This document shows, piece after piece, positions 41,301-50,982 of a DNA stretch of 64,000 nt. A program made the position numbers and the translations under genes. Location: the NCBI GenBank assembly GCA_963714795.1, contig CAVQPS010000009.1, positions 710,970-774,969 on the forward strand, read 5' to 3'. Under the pieces are notes generated by a model, which ran no database searches, was not told the origin of the DNA, and was given only the letters and a program-made list of their open reading frames with translations. Each line of letters starts with the position of its first letter. Within the stretch, counting starts at the first letter, position 1. The DNA comes from an uncultured Ignavibacteriales bacterium. GTDB lineage: Bacteria > Bacteroidota > Ignavibacteria > UBA10030 > SZUA-254.

Positions 41301-42316
41301 TGACCGATGAAATTCGTGTGGAGCGGCCATACTTTGACGTGGTAATCACGGCAATGGACAATATCGGCAACCCGGAATTGCGCGTCAATCACGGCGTCGA
41401 TGTTCAACGTATTATCGATCTGGAAAAGAAATATAAATTCGTTCTGCAGGTCGAAGATCCCGAATCGGAGTGGTCGAAAGACCCGCGCCGGTATAAAAAA
41501 ATCGGACAGCGGTATCAAACACTGCTCGGTCCGGATGGAAAATTGATGCTCGATATCAATATTCTCGAATTCCGCGACGAGAAAAAACCGACGCAATTCC
41601 CGACCCTCATCCAAACCGGAATCGAAAGTTATCATCTTGTCCGCTCGGCAGCACTCGGCGCCGACAGATTTTCCATTTATTCCGAATCAAGTGTCCGCCC
41701 GCAGGATTTGCGGATGATGAGTTATGCCGCTTCGGCGCGCGCAGAGATCGATCATATTCCCGGCGGCTGGAAAATCAGCGCACCGTTTCCGGTTGTGCTC
41801 GAATTGCCGAAACAATATTCCGCGCTGCGACTTTCAACAGGAGAACAAATAACTTCGGATCAGGGATTATTCTTTCTTCCGGCAGGCGATCACATCCTTC
41901 AGGCGGAACGTCATTCGAATCAAACATTTCCCTCCAATCCTCCGACAACCGGACGATTGCTTTCCATTTCCGGAAAGCTGACAAGCCTGAACAATACGAA
42001 CCGCAGTGTGTCGTTCTCATATTCAAGCGACACGAGATGTTTCGCGTCGTTTAGCCATCGTCCGTTTGCCATTATTGTCGATGGAAAGGAAATTAAATCG
42101 GATCCGATGGAAGGTTATCGCCGGTATAGTGTGGCACTGCCGCAGGGCGAGCATCAGGTAATTGCTATTCTGGAAACGACCGTTTCCTACGGCGTCGATA
42201 TTACGAGCTTCTGGTCGTCGTGGTTTATCGTCGGGCTCGGCGCATTGTGCGGCGCCGCGCTGATGGCATTCTATATTCTTGTCCGCATTTCCCGAACTTC
42301 CGAAATGAATGCCTGA
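38363..42316 (+). CDS. Large (1317-aa) exopolysaccharide-modifying protein: DUF2334/polysaccharide-deacetylase-like N-domain, TIM-barrel glycoside-hydrolase-like region, C-terminal TM anchor (PgaB-like logic)
   Basis: I place the start at ATG 38363 (MPKRFSLRFVVLLLSVLIFSG, a signal peptide) rather than the TTG at 38153. It has the DUF2334-like block LLRIEDVGVFDN..LPFLVGVIPYFVDPQ..LVMHGITHQY and a later block VVHVVGWHQYKTW..GILVYAWLDPPQV..WDGVNIAELYFESG. The last ~30 aa are hydrophobic. Confidence 0.75.
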   Translation: MPKRFSLRFVVLLLSVLIFSGICVSQDFLAHRVLILFEGSDVPTNYARGDARQLAMLMGHFTVDTKLQGVDSYLPGEINNYDITFFVGFTKRYDPPEKFMRDVYNSTQRIVWMNTGMERFSKQFNLSKQYGFTFTRFDTVLQFNEVRAGKKTFTKGEPNLNIINITNTKAVEVIATAYSTSTRRESPYIIRNGNFMYIADSPFASATETDRYIFFADMLHDLLGQQHEEIHRALLRIEDVGVFDNPAKLRDIADMMYSKHLPFLVGVIPYFVDPQAGLRLSMSDKPEFVDALKYMVAHGATLVMHGITHQYEGVTATDFEFWDGSTNKKIRGDSKEFVEKKMKTGLEEFWKNNLYPLVWETPHYTASQLDYPVFAEFFSTAMEQRLVIEDPDYSQYFPYIIEKDLYGQRIIPENLGYIPQDPDPKVEEAAVQQLLDGAKAQLAVRDGFASAFIHSFIDIKYIEEYVDGVLDLGYTFMDVKNEPHQVRLKDRIVLTGNQIFDLTLDDQYMRRTWLAPNGEVDHSEISENRMKGVIKDTIDVPPGEIFMAEPSEYREMEVSWLEKMKEQTAALWNNIFQNEEIFDEARVGIIWDSRAKGSDWNNQASFASAFRSLNIDIDSLSGDSIGSLSMYNLLVVPYHTVERLSNSDYDRIVEFVESGGCLITDGKNELAKEVGVKFASSSIKIERMRDQMYPEDALVLRSPDIMSRFEVDRNDESFCIDERTEAPVVIGRKYGNGKFLFLGLRFDPVSTGGFTRFPYLMEYIRNYFHLQPMLRRENLEVYFDDGYRHNVSIEDLVKRWTMAGVRVVHVVGWHQYKTWTYDYGRLIKLCHANGILVYAWLDPPQVSEKFWTDHPQWQELNYKGEAIRPSWRYPVALTNSECLSTVKGIFKDFLMKYEWDGVNIAELYFESGNGPQDAKLLTPMHPSARNDFKRKFSFDPALLLDSTSQYYWKSNPAAWKQFEDYRVDLLTHLHEEFLKMTDEIRVERPYFDVVITAMDNIGNPELRVNHGVDVQRIIDLEKKYKFVLQVEDPESEWSKDPRRYKKIGQRYQTLLGPDGKLMLDINILEFRDEKKPTQFPTLIQTGIESYHLVRSAALGADRFSIYSESSVRPQDLRMMSYAASARAEIDHIPGGWKISAPFPVVLELPKQYSALRLSTGEQITSDQGLFFLPAGDHILQAERHSNQTFPSNPPTTGRLLSISGKLTSLNNTNRSVSFSYSSDTRCFASFSHRPFAIIVDGKEIKSDPMEGYRRYSVALPQGEHQVIAILETTVSYGVDITSFWSSWFIVGLGALCGAALMAFYILVRISRTSEMNA

Positions 42317-43608
42317 TGCCCGGACAGTCGTTTCTTGAACTCGACCTCAGTATCGTTTTTCTTCTTTCCGTCATTCTAATCTGGTTCATGATCTTCTACC
42401 AGCTTGTGCTGACGCTGGCGGGATTTTTTCATTACCGGAGTTCTATCAAAGAACGTCGTCGTATCGATAAGCAGACATTCGATTATCCGCGTGTGTCGAT
42501 TCTGATTCCCGCACATAATGAAGAAAAAGTGATTGCGTACACCGTTGAAGCGATGATGAACCTCGAATATCCGAAAGACAAGCTGGATATTCTCGTTATC
42601 AATGACGGCTCGAACGACGGCACCGCGTCGATTGTGCAGAAATATGTCGATCAAGATTCACGTGTGCGGCTGTACAACGTCCCGAAAGGTGAGGGAGGCA
42701 AAGGAAAATCCCGCGCATTGAATTTGGGGCTGAAGCAAACCGACGCGGAGTTCATTGCAATTTATGATGCCGATAACACTCCCGATCCGAAAGCATTACG
42801 ATATTTGATGGCGCAAATTATTTCCGATGACAAACTCGGTGCGGTGCTTGGAAAATTCCGTACGGTAAATAAAAACCGCAATATTCTGACGCGATTCATC
42901 AATATCGAAACGCTCAGCTTTCAATCGATGCTGCAGGCGGGGCGGTGGAAGCTGTTCAAAGTATCGACATTGCCCGGCACCAATTTTGTCATCCGCCGGA
43001 ATTTGCTCGACAAACTCAACGGTTGGGATGAAGATGCGATCACCGAAGATTCCGAGTTGAGCATCCGCATTTACAAAGAAGGATTGCGCATCAAGTGCAT
43101 TCCGTATTCGATCACGTACGAGCAGGAGCCGGAATCGTGGAGGGTGTGGATCAAACAGCGGACGCGATGGGTGCGCGGCAATAATTATGTCGGCACGAAA
43201 TTTTTGAAAGAGATTCCGGCATTCAAGAATAAATTTCTCGCGTTCGAATTACTCTATTTATTGTCGCTGTATTACGTATTCCTTGTTGCTATCGTCAGTT
43301 CCGACGTCCTGTTTGTGCTGGGATTATTCAATGTTGTCACGATCAGCCTGCCTGGTCCGTACACCGCGGTCTGGATCGTCGGTATCGGATTATTTTTGCT
43401 GGAAATTCTTCTCGCGCTTTCGTACGACCGCGAAGACAGTTTTTCAAACATTCTCATTACGTTCCTGATGTATTTTACCTACTGCCAGCTCTGGATTTAT
43501 GTGGTGGGGAGGGCGCTCTATCTCGACTTCATCAAGAAAGAAAAGCGGACATGGGTGAAGACCGTGCGGTTCGATGTGAAACCGGCGGCAACGGAGACGA
43601 AGCATTAA
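42316..43608 (+). CDS. Family-2 processive glycosyltransferase (PgaC/IcaA/NodC-like)
   Basis: I place the start at ATG 42316, which overlaps the upstream TGA (TGATG). It has ILIPAHNEE, INDGSNDGT, IYDADNTP, TEDSELS and QRTRWVRG (QxxRW), with TM helices at both ends. Confidence 0.9.
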   Translation: MPGQSFLELDLSIVFLLSVILIWFMIFYQLVLTLAGFFHYRSSIKERRRIDKQTFDYPRVSILIPAHNEEKVIAYTVEAMMNLEYPKDKLDILVINDGSNDGTASIVQKYVDQDSRVRLYNVPKGEGGKGKSRALNLGLKQTDAEFIAIYDADNTPDPKALRYLMAQIISDDKLGAVLGKFRTVNKNRNILTRFINIETLSFQSMLQAGRWKLFKVSTLPGTNFVIRRNLLDKLNGWDEDAITEDSELSIRIYKEGLRIKCIPYSITYEQEPESWRVWIKQRTRWVRGNNYVGTKFLKEIPAFKNKFLAFELLYLLSLYYVFLVAIVSSDVLFVLGLFNVVTISLPGPYTAVWIVGIGLFLLEILLALSYDREDSFSNILITFLMYFTYCQLWIYVVGRALYLDFIKKEKRTWVKTVRFDVKPAATETKH

Positions 43609-43708
43609 AAATAAATGGGGACTGGGAGGAAGTTCAACTTCTCAACGAATTGAGTTATCAACCGACCAGACATTGTTCAATCAGCAGTAGAACTGCTTCC
43701 CAGTAGAT

Positions 43709-43741
43709 AAAAAAACCCGGCCATTTCTAGCCGGGGTTTTT
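43709..43741. terminator. Bidirectional terminator element, copy 1 (A-run CCCGGC-CATTTCTA-GCCGGG T-run)
   Basis: A hairpin flanked by A7 and T5, lying between the convergent GT2 gene and the lipase pseudogene. Near-identical copies occur at 50912-50943 and 54113-54144. Confidence 0.75.
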
Positions 43742-43866
43742 GCCCTTCCACTACAGAAACTTATTCTACTTTACCATTACCTTAAATTCATAGGAGGGTG
43801 ACTTATGCTTCACCCTCCCATATGCCCTCCACAATCTAATCCACACGGAGAAGAGGGCACACAACC

Positions 43867-46800
43867 CTACTTCGTAAGAACCATCTTCCGTACCTGAGTA
43901 AATGTCTTATTCGGATTTGCAACACTCGTTGCTTCAATGCGGTAGAAATAAATTCCTGATGCGACACTGCTTGCGTTCCACTGAGCAGGATTTGATAACC
44001 AGCACTCACGATACCATCGGTAAGTATCGTACGACAACTTGTCCGAGCACATTGTAAACTTTCAACGTGACTCTACTATCTGTCGGTAATGCATACCTTA
44101 GCGTTGTCGTGGGATTGAATGGGTTGGGATAGTTTTGTTCCAACGCAAATTCCTTTGGTAACTCATTTTGCACCCCATTCGCGCTAGGTGGCGATGGTGG
44201 TGTCTCACTTGTAGGTACAATCCTTATGCGACCTGTGTTTGAGTTCTTTGCCAAAGAGGTACTGCTTCCTGTGGGATATGCCGACAATATCAACTTTCCA
44301 CTTCTGTTTGTTTTCACCCAATATCCCTTACCTGGCCAGATTGTATCAGAGGTCGCGTAGCCATCCTTATATCCAAAGAACTTTGAGATTGTAGTTATAG
44401 AATCTGATGAAATGTAGATCGGTGACGCAGGGATGGGGACAGATAATGCGCCAATCATATTCCAACCTTCACCAACTACAATCGTATCAACGTAGAATGG
44501 AATTCCGGATATTCCAACTGTTTCAGGTGACGAGAATTTTAGCCAATATCCAACACCATTTAACAGAGAATCTTCTATTACGTAATTAACTTGATACCCA
44601 AAAGCTTCAGATGTTGCATTGGGAAAGAGCGAGACTTTTGAATTGTTTGCTGGGAAGGCAGGGAGAGAAACTAGGTTCCACCTTGATAGCACTATTGAAT
44701 AATTAGAAAAAGCGGAATATGTTGTTGGAGTGATAACCGTATCGACAATTGAATCCCCATTAAGATCAACATAAAGCGGCAATGATGGAGTGATCGTTCG
44801 TAATGAGCAAGTCATAACTGTTGCCGGTCCAAAGACAACACTGTCATATTCAACACTCCTCAGCCCATAACCACCAGAGATTTCATCAAGCCGAAAATCG
44901 AATGAAGCGGAGGTGTCTTGTGAGATTATTTTAAAATTATATACTCCGCCTACTGGAAGTAAAATTGTCTTCTCCGAATTGGGATCTGATAAGTCACCCG
45001 GAATGTAATTGCTACCTTGTATTTGAGCTTCCCAAGTCGAATCTGAAGTTGGCCCTGTGTGCCTACCCAATGAATCATACGCGTGTAAAATCACGGGACA
45101 TGATGCTGTGGCTTGGTATATAGAAGTTCCATAGCTAATCGAAGATAGAATACTGGCATCTTTAATATTTGGATCGGTGAACGTCGTAACAGGCGGATCC
45201 TGCAAGAGTCCTGAGATAATTTTTTTGACAGGTTCACTTGATGGTAAATCTTGATGTTGAATGTCCTTGATATAATAATCAGCTGTCGTTCTAGCACTAC
45301 TGATCGTCTCAGCGCTTCTCAAAGGAACAGTTCCATCTCCAAATAGATTATATTTAGCCTTTCGTTTGCCTTTTTTGTCTCTATCGATAATGACAGAGCC
45401 GATAGTCTGAGTATTGAATCCTACAATATTGTAAATCATTGTATTGCCAAATAAACTATTTGGCATATCCTGGATACTAGGCTGAAAGGTTGTTTCGCTG
45501 TTATTCAGTAGCCCCGCATTAAATTCAAAACCATTACTCGTTGAACAGGTATCAATATAGTTCATTGTTTCTTGATAGTTATATGGGAATAACGTCCCGT
45601 TCTGTTTACTGTATAACACATTTTTATATAAAGGATCGGTCAGTCCAAAATATCGTGCGAATGGTAGCAACTGATACGAAGTAGCATAATTTCGTGAAAT
45701 CGTTTTAACTTCAGGTGGATTTAATGGAATATTCAGAATATCCTAATAATGGAATGGGTAAAGATATATTCATGGCATAGCCGGTTAACAAAACGTTCAG
45801 CATTTTAGGAGCTCCCAGATGAGGAAGTCGCCACGAAAATCAATTTATTTACGTTTAGCATTTCCATGAGTTTCGATATATTGTTTTGCAATCAGGCCAC
45901 CCATACTATCGGGCAATAAGATTGACCTGATTAGCGCCGGTCCAACTTTTCACGCTGTCAATGAATACGTTAAGCGATTCCGCTATAAAGGAATTATTCA
46001 TTCGCCAATCGTATGTGAATATAAACAGATTTTCTCCCTCATTATGATTGTTATCAAAATTGTCTAATACGTAGGGACTGGGGCCATCAATTAAGGTATC
46101 AACCAACCCCTTAATATATGAAAGTGGTTGTGACAGCCATCCCCCTAAATTCAGTTCAGCTCCAATCGAAGACCAATGATTGGCCACGAGGAGGTGCTAC
46201 TTGAATATGTATAGCTTGTATTCGGAGGGATATTAATTCCATCTTCGTCTAATGCTAAATGTGACAAGTTAGATAAGTCCCCAGCCCATATTTTGTCAGG
46301 ATGTACATAGTTGAGATCATAAAGGGGAGATCCCATAATGCCTGGGACGATGCATAACTGGAGTTTTAACAGGATCCCACCCATTCTCATGGTACAATGC
46401 TTGCACGTCCGAATTACTCAATGCGCGGTTGTATATGCGAATGTCGTCCATTGCACCACTGAAATATTGGGGATCCGATGGATTACTGTTTAATGATCCT
46501 ATTTTTAAAGGGATGCTTTCAACTTGAATATTCCCTTCCCCGGAAATATTATAGTCCTTATAGACGTTTACGCCATCAACAAATAAATCTGCTAATTGTG
46601 CTATTTTGTCCACGCGAAGTACAAAGTGATGCCAATTTCCATCTTCAGTATTTAGGCTTTGATTATACCATACATCACAACTATTCAAGCCTCCCAATCC
46701 GTCATTGTATTCCGCACGCACGCCATTGTCACGATCCTGAAGCAAAAATCCCTTTGGTACAGCTGGATCCTCCTGTCGCAATAAGTGAGCCGTGTTCATC

Positions 46801-47272
46801 AGAGGTATTTTTTTTAATTGCCCATACGGAGACTGTGAAACTCGCGGAAAAATCAAGTGAGGTTGAAGGGACAACGCTTATATCGTTACTTACTCCATCA
46901 AATGAATAGCTTCTATTAGGGATTCCAAATCTGTCTGTGGTCAAAGTAGCGCCATTAAGCAGATCCATTATTTCCATTTCCACTAGAATCATTGGCATTT
47001 CCATTGAACGGATAGTAGGCAACAAGCCCATTAGATAAATCAGGAGGAATATTAAACTCCCAAGGTTCACGGGCTTTGTTGGAGATGCGGACTTCGTCAA
47101 TTTTACCCACAAATCCATTTGCCGTATTATTTTCTTGGCCAATCCATACTGGAGCCGTAGAGATTTTTATTGAATCAGGAATATATGCTTGAGCTCTAGC
47201 AAAATTGTTGCCGAGCCACGATAATACGAGAATGCTTAATAAATAAAATAGCTTATGCATGAATGTCTCCAT
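43867..47272 (-). pseudogene. Disrupted gene for a secreted LamG-LamG-alpha/beta-hydrolase (LCAT/PGAP1-like lipase) protein with T9SS C-terminal sorting domain
   Basis: Fragments lie in different frames: signal peptide + LamG (46955..47272), LamG parts (46729..47142, 46317..46874), lipase blocks PGIMGSPLY, FTYDWR, DSMGGLIAKQY and PHLGAPKML (45700-46390), a beta-rich region (44006..45670), and a T9SS CTD ([25 protein letters not shown] / GIYFYRIEA..KMVLTK, 43867..44100). I count at least 9 frame breaks. Confidence 0.75.
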
Positions 47273-47362
47273 TTAGGTTGAGTGAAATAACTCGCGTAAA
47301 TTCTAGTTGGGTCAAAAACTCACTTAACATTAATTGCATATTTGGAGATCTGCGGAAAAAAT

Positions 47363-47395
47363 CAAAAAAAATCCCACCCCTTTTTAGGGGAGGGA
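47363..47395 (-). terminator. Terminator-like hairpin between anti-sigma A and the lipase pseudogene
   Basis: TCCCACCCCT-TTTT-AGGGGAGGGA with an A8 run on the plus strand, which is a T-run after the hairpin on the minus strand. Confidence 0.6.
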
Positions 47396-47436
47396 CCGAT
47401 TATCGTATTCTGTAAAAGTAACTTTTGAAAGCTCGG

Positions 47437-48881
47437 TTATTTCATCGAGATTGGGTTTTCGTTCTTAATCTGGACATTTTCCTTCGACCATTCCTTTCCG
47501 TTCCAATACCGCACTCCGTTCTTAAGATTATCAAGATAACTTTGGTCAAACGTTCCGCGAAGTTTTCCTTCGGCTATGAGTCTTTGTCGGAACCGAAGAG
47601 TAGCGCTTGAGTATTTTATGTCGAGAACATTTAGGTTTTCAGAGAGAACATACTCGAAAATCGGGTGGCCTCCGGTGTGAGTAAGGCTGTCGAAATAGGA
47701 GCCGGTAATAGAAACTGTAAGTGCCGGTTTTCCATTATATGTTGTTTGTTGAACCGATTCGATGCGTCCATTGGACTTTCAACAAATAATTCATATCGGA
47801 AAGTGGAAACCGGACATAGGAGAGTTCAGCCGGAGATGGGGGCAAATCAAACCCGGGAGTACAGTTCGATTCTGACCGACCGATAATCTTCTCGGGATCG
47901 ATCAGAGCAAGAACCGGAAAACTCAACGAATCCATTTCGCCAAGATCGTTTTGACCGAATACAAAAAGTTTTTTCTTGCCATCTGTCAATTGAAGGAGGA
48001 TATTCTTAACATCTCCGTAATGAGCGTACGATCCAAGAATATTTGTTTGGTTATCCAACCGAAAAATAACATTTGGAGACCGACCATTATTTGTTCCAAC
48101 AATAATTTCCGGCAACTAGTTGGCTGCATATTTATTGCATTGTATGTTCCCTACTCCAAAATTGTCATCGTATTTTTTTCCTCGAAACTCTATTTGTTGT
48201 TGAAATACTTTCTGGTAAAGCAATTTTTTGTCGTACGTGAAAATAGACAAAGGTGGAGCTATAAAAGAATGATCCCCAAATGGAAGGCAGGATAATACCT
48301 CGTTTTTTCCATCCTCATTGAGGTCAAATAGAACTACTTGCTCGTAATCTTTTCTCAGATTATCTTCATGAAGTCCATTCAATGCTTTTGAAGGAAGATT
48401 CCAAAGCATATCATGTTCACGATTATAGATTTCTAACATGCCTTGTTCTGGATTTAAATGAACATACGCAGGGTTTACGTCCTTTTGCAATTCCTTTGTT
48501 CCAAACATAAATATCATTGCCAACGTTGCAATTCCCGCAAGGCTTCCAACGCCGGTTACCACGGGATGGTCGACGAATGAAATATGAAAGTCTACCTATC
48601 GCTGTGGCTCGGTCGATACGGTATCGGCGGTGTATATGGTTCGTAGTACGGCTCAATGTTTTGCCGTGAACGAACGAGCCGCGTGCTTACCGGGCGTTCT
48701 GTATGCTTGGTATTTTTTAAATGCATCGTCGGCGCGTTCAGTAAAAGGCTTGTATTTGGTCAGCGAGTGCCCGGCATCCGTGGCACTCAGCAAAGTGCCG
48801 TTCAATTTCATCTCTTCGCTCTTCGACGAGCTCGGAACCGAGAACGTATAATTCTATGATATGTTCATCAATATGCTGCAT
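47437..48881 (-). pseudogene. Disrupted zf-HC2 anti-sigma-like membrane protein A (ZnF - TM - FG-GAP-like extracytoplasmic domain)
   Basis: My translation from ATG 48881 reads MQHIDEHIIELYVLGSELVEERRDEIERHFAECHGCRAL.. (Hx3Cx2C). It continues in other frames through the TM segment VVTGVGSLAGIATLAMIFMF and FDLNEDGKNEV / IIVGTNNGRSP repeats. It has an in-frame TAG at 48116-48118 and at least 4 frameshifts. It is paralogous to 54412-55836. Confidence 0.7.
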
Positions 48882-48932
48882 GTTTACCTCATGGAAAACT
48901 AATTACATTTTTTATTATTGGCGGAAAATTCG

Positions 48933-49385
48933 TTAACCCTCTCCCCTGTCCCGACTTCGTCGTGACATCCCCTCTCCCAAATTTGGGAGAGGGGAACGAG
49001 GGGAGAGGGTCAATATCTTTTCCAGAACTTTCTCAACATCCTCAAGAACTTCTTCATTTTTTATTCTCAACACTTTATATCCGCCGGCCATTAATTCTTC
49101 ATACCGCACACCATCATACTGTTTCTGTTCATTCAACTCATGAATACCGCCTTCAAGCTCAATCACAAGTTTTAAACCGGCACAGTAAAAATCTGCCACA
49201 TACCTGCCAATATGGTGTTGGCGTTTAAACTTCAAACCGTCGAGCGAGTGGCGCCGAAGCTTCTGCCAGAGAATTTCTTCTGCAGGAGTCGAGCGCTTCC
49301 TGAGTTGCCGCGCAACCTCGATGATATAGTGTGGATATTGTTTCATGGTTTTTACCCTCTCTTTATCCCTATCTTTGCGGGACAT
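48933..49385 (-). CDS. DUF559 (Vsr-like endonuclease fold) protein
   Basis: It has ..RKRSTPAEEILWQKLR..LKFKRQHHIGRYVADFYC..LVIELEGGIH..RYEELMAGGYKVLRIKNEEV... It is intact. The start may be ATG 49346. Its C-terminal tail is encoded by the flanking palindrome. Confidence 0.85.
   Translation of the reverse strand: MSRKDRDKERVKTMKQYPHYIIEVARQLRKRSTPAEEILWQKLRRHSLDGLKFKRQHHIGRYVADFYCAGLKLVIELEGGIHELNEQKQYDGVRYEELMAGGYKVLRIKNEEVLEDVEKVLEKILTLSPRSPLPNLGEGMSRRSRDRGEG
48936..49010. repeat. Nested palindrome at the 3' flank of the DUF559 gene
   Basis: The outer arms are ACCCTCTCCCCT (48936-48947) and AGGGGAGAGGGT (48999-49010). Inside is a perfect 28-bp palindrome, TCCCCTCTCCCAAATTTGGGAGAGGGGA (48968-48995). 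Partial direct copies (GACATCCCTCTCCCAAATT, AGGGTGAGGGTCAA) lie at 49381-49446. Confidence 0.8.
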
Positions 49386-49452
49386 CCCTCTCCCAAATTA
49401 GTCGACGAGTCGAGTCGTCGAGAGAGGATCATAGGGTGAGGGTCAACAAGGG

Positions 49453-50479
49453 TCATAATTCTTTCAATTTCTTCACCGCTTTCTTCTGGACAAGCTTCAT
49501 TAAGTATTCAATTTTATTTCTATGTATTTTCGAATATTCTTCTTTCGTCAATCGCGGAAGACGTTGCTGTAAACTCTCAAAAAGAGAACTATCGTGTCCA
49601 TCTTTTCCGATGAACTTATTACACAGCACTTCTTGAATGGAACAGAAGTACAATCCAAATATTTCCTCTGTTACTTTTTCATTTTCAACATATTTTTGTA
49701 CGGTTTGTCGTCGAACATCGTTACAAGCTTGCCGAAGGATAGCTGTAACATCTTCGGAAACAAGTGCTGCATCGATCGTTTCCGATTTCAGGTTGTGCCA
49801 GTTCTTTTTTCTCATAGACGGTCCGAAAGAGGATACCGACACCGACAAACGGCAGAATCCGGCATCGTTCGATTTGCTCCCGGAGTAAAAGCGAAAGCTT
49901 TGCCAAAAGATCGGGGATAAGCTCATCACCTCGCGCTATGTGCAGGAAACAGTGTTCAAGTTCCTCACGTTCGAACGGAGGTAAATGGACCAAGGTATCA
50001 CAGAGACTCGGAACAATGCACGGTTCACCGAATCGTTCAATTTCCTCAAAATTTTTCAGAGAGTGAATTGCCAGCTTAATGTTCCGGAGAATTTTCGACA
50101 AGGATGGATCTGCCTCGCTGTACAACCGGAAAATGCTCTGGTTCACCTTCGAAAAAACAAGCCGCCGCAGGTGAATGAGAATCTCTTCGTCGCGTGCTGT
50201 CGCAATTGAAAGACCGGCGAAGTATGCCTGAAGCTGTCGGTATTTGCCGTCGCCGTCTTCCTGAAAAAGGTCGGCAATGCAATCGTAGGCAAGGTCGGAG
50301 GTGGTGAGATCATAAACAGAAATCAATGACTCAGTTGTTGCTTTGCTCGCGAGGAATGAGGCGGCAAGAGAGTGAGAAACGCCAATGAGGCAATTCAATT
50401 CCTTGCGCGAATGTGATCCGGCAAGAATTGCCGCGATAATGACACGTAATCCCTTTGCTATGCTTGTCTGTTCGATCAT
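49453..50479 (-). pseudogene. Disrupted sigma-70-like (divergent ECF-like?) protein A
   Basis: ORFs 49721..50764 and 49453..49929 overlap in different frames, and the shift maps to the A6 run at 49805-49810. It has region-2-like blocks (DLAYDCIADLFQ; LIHLRRLVFSKVNQSIFRLY). It lies upstream of a zf-HC2 anti-sigma gene and is a paralogue of 55912-56941. The sigma assignment is weak and made by eye. Confidence 0.5.
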
Positions 50480-50911
50480 CCGATTGTACAGCTTCACTGA
50501 CTTTCTAACTATTGATATGCAGAACAGAATTTTCGATTTGTTTTTACGGAATCGGGAGAGAAAGGTATGTTCATGAATGGGAAATAATCCTTTCGTTTCC
50601 TTTATCCCTGCCGTGAAAGATTTAGGAATGTACTGAATAAGCAAGAAATTCTCAAGGCATAATAGCAGTTCTTTAACAGAAATCGGAAAAACAACGCACT
50701 CGATGGTATACAGCAGGGCTTTCGTAAACAGAAGGTTGGCAAGAGATGTCCATAATCTATACAAAGAGGCTATCTTAACACAGAGAGTGAAGTGACTGCC
50801 AACAGCTATTGAGTCGGATTAAAATTTATCTGAATCGAAGGCGATCGAGAGGAATTACCCTCTTATGGGCAAGCTGATTTCAATCTTTGGCATTCAATTC
50901 ATTTGTAAAAT

Positions 50912-50943
50912 AAAAAAACCCGGCCATTTCTGACCGGGGTTCT
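50912..50943. terminator. Bidirectional terminator element, copy 2 (partial family member)
   Basis: AAAAAAACCCGGCCATTTCTGACCGGGGTTCTT, lying 40 nt downstream (minus strand) of the LuxC-like gene. Confidence 0.7.
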
Positions 50944-50982
50944 TGCACTTCCACCTTTCTAAGTATAACCGAGATAAATTAA

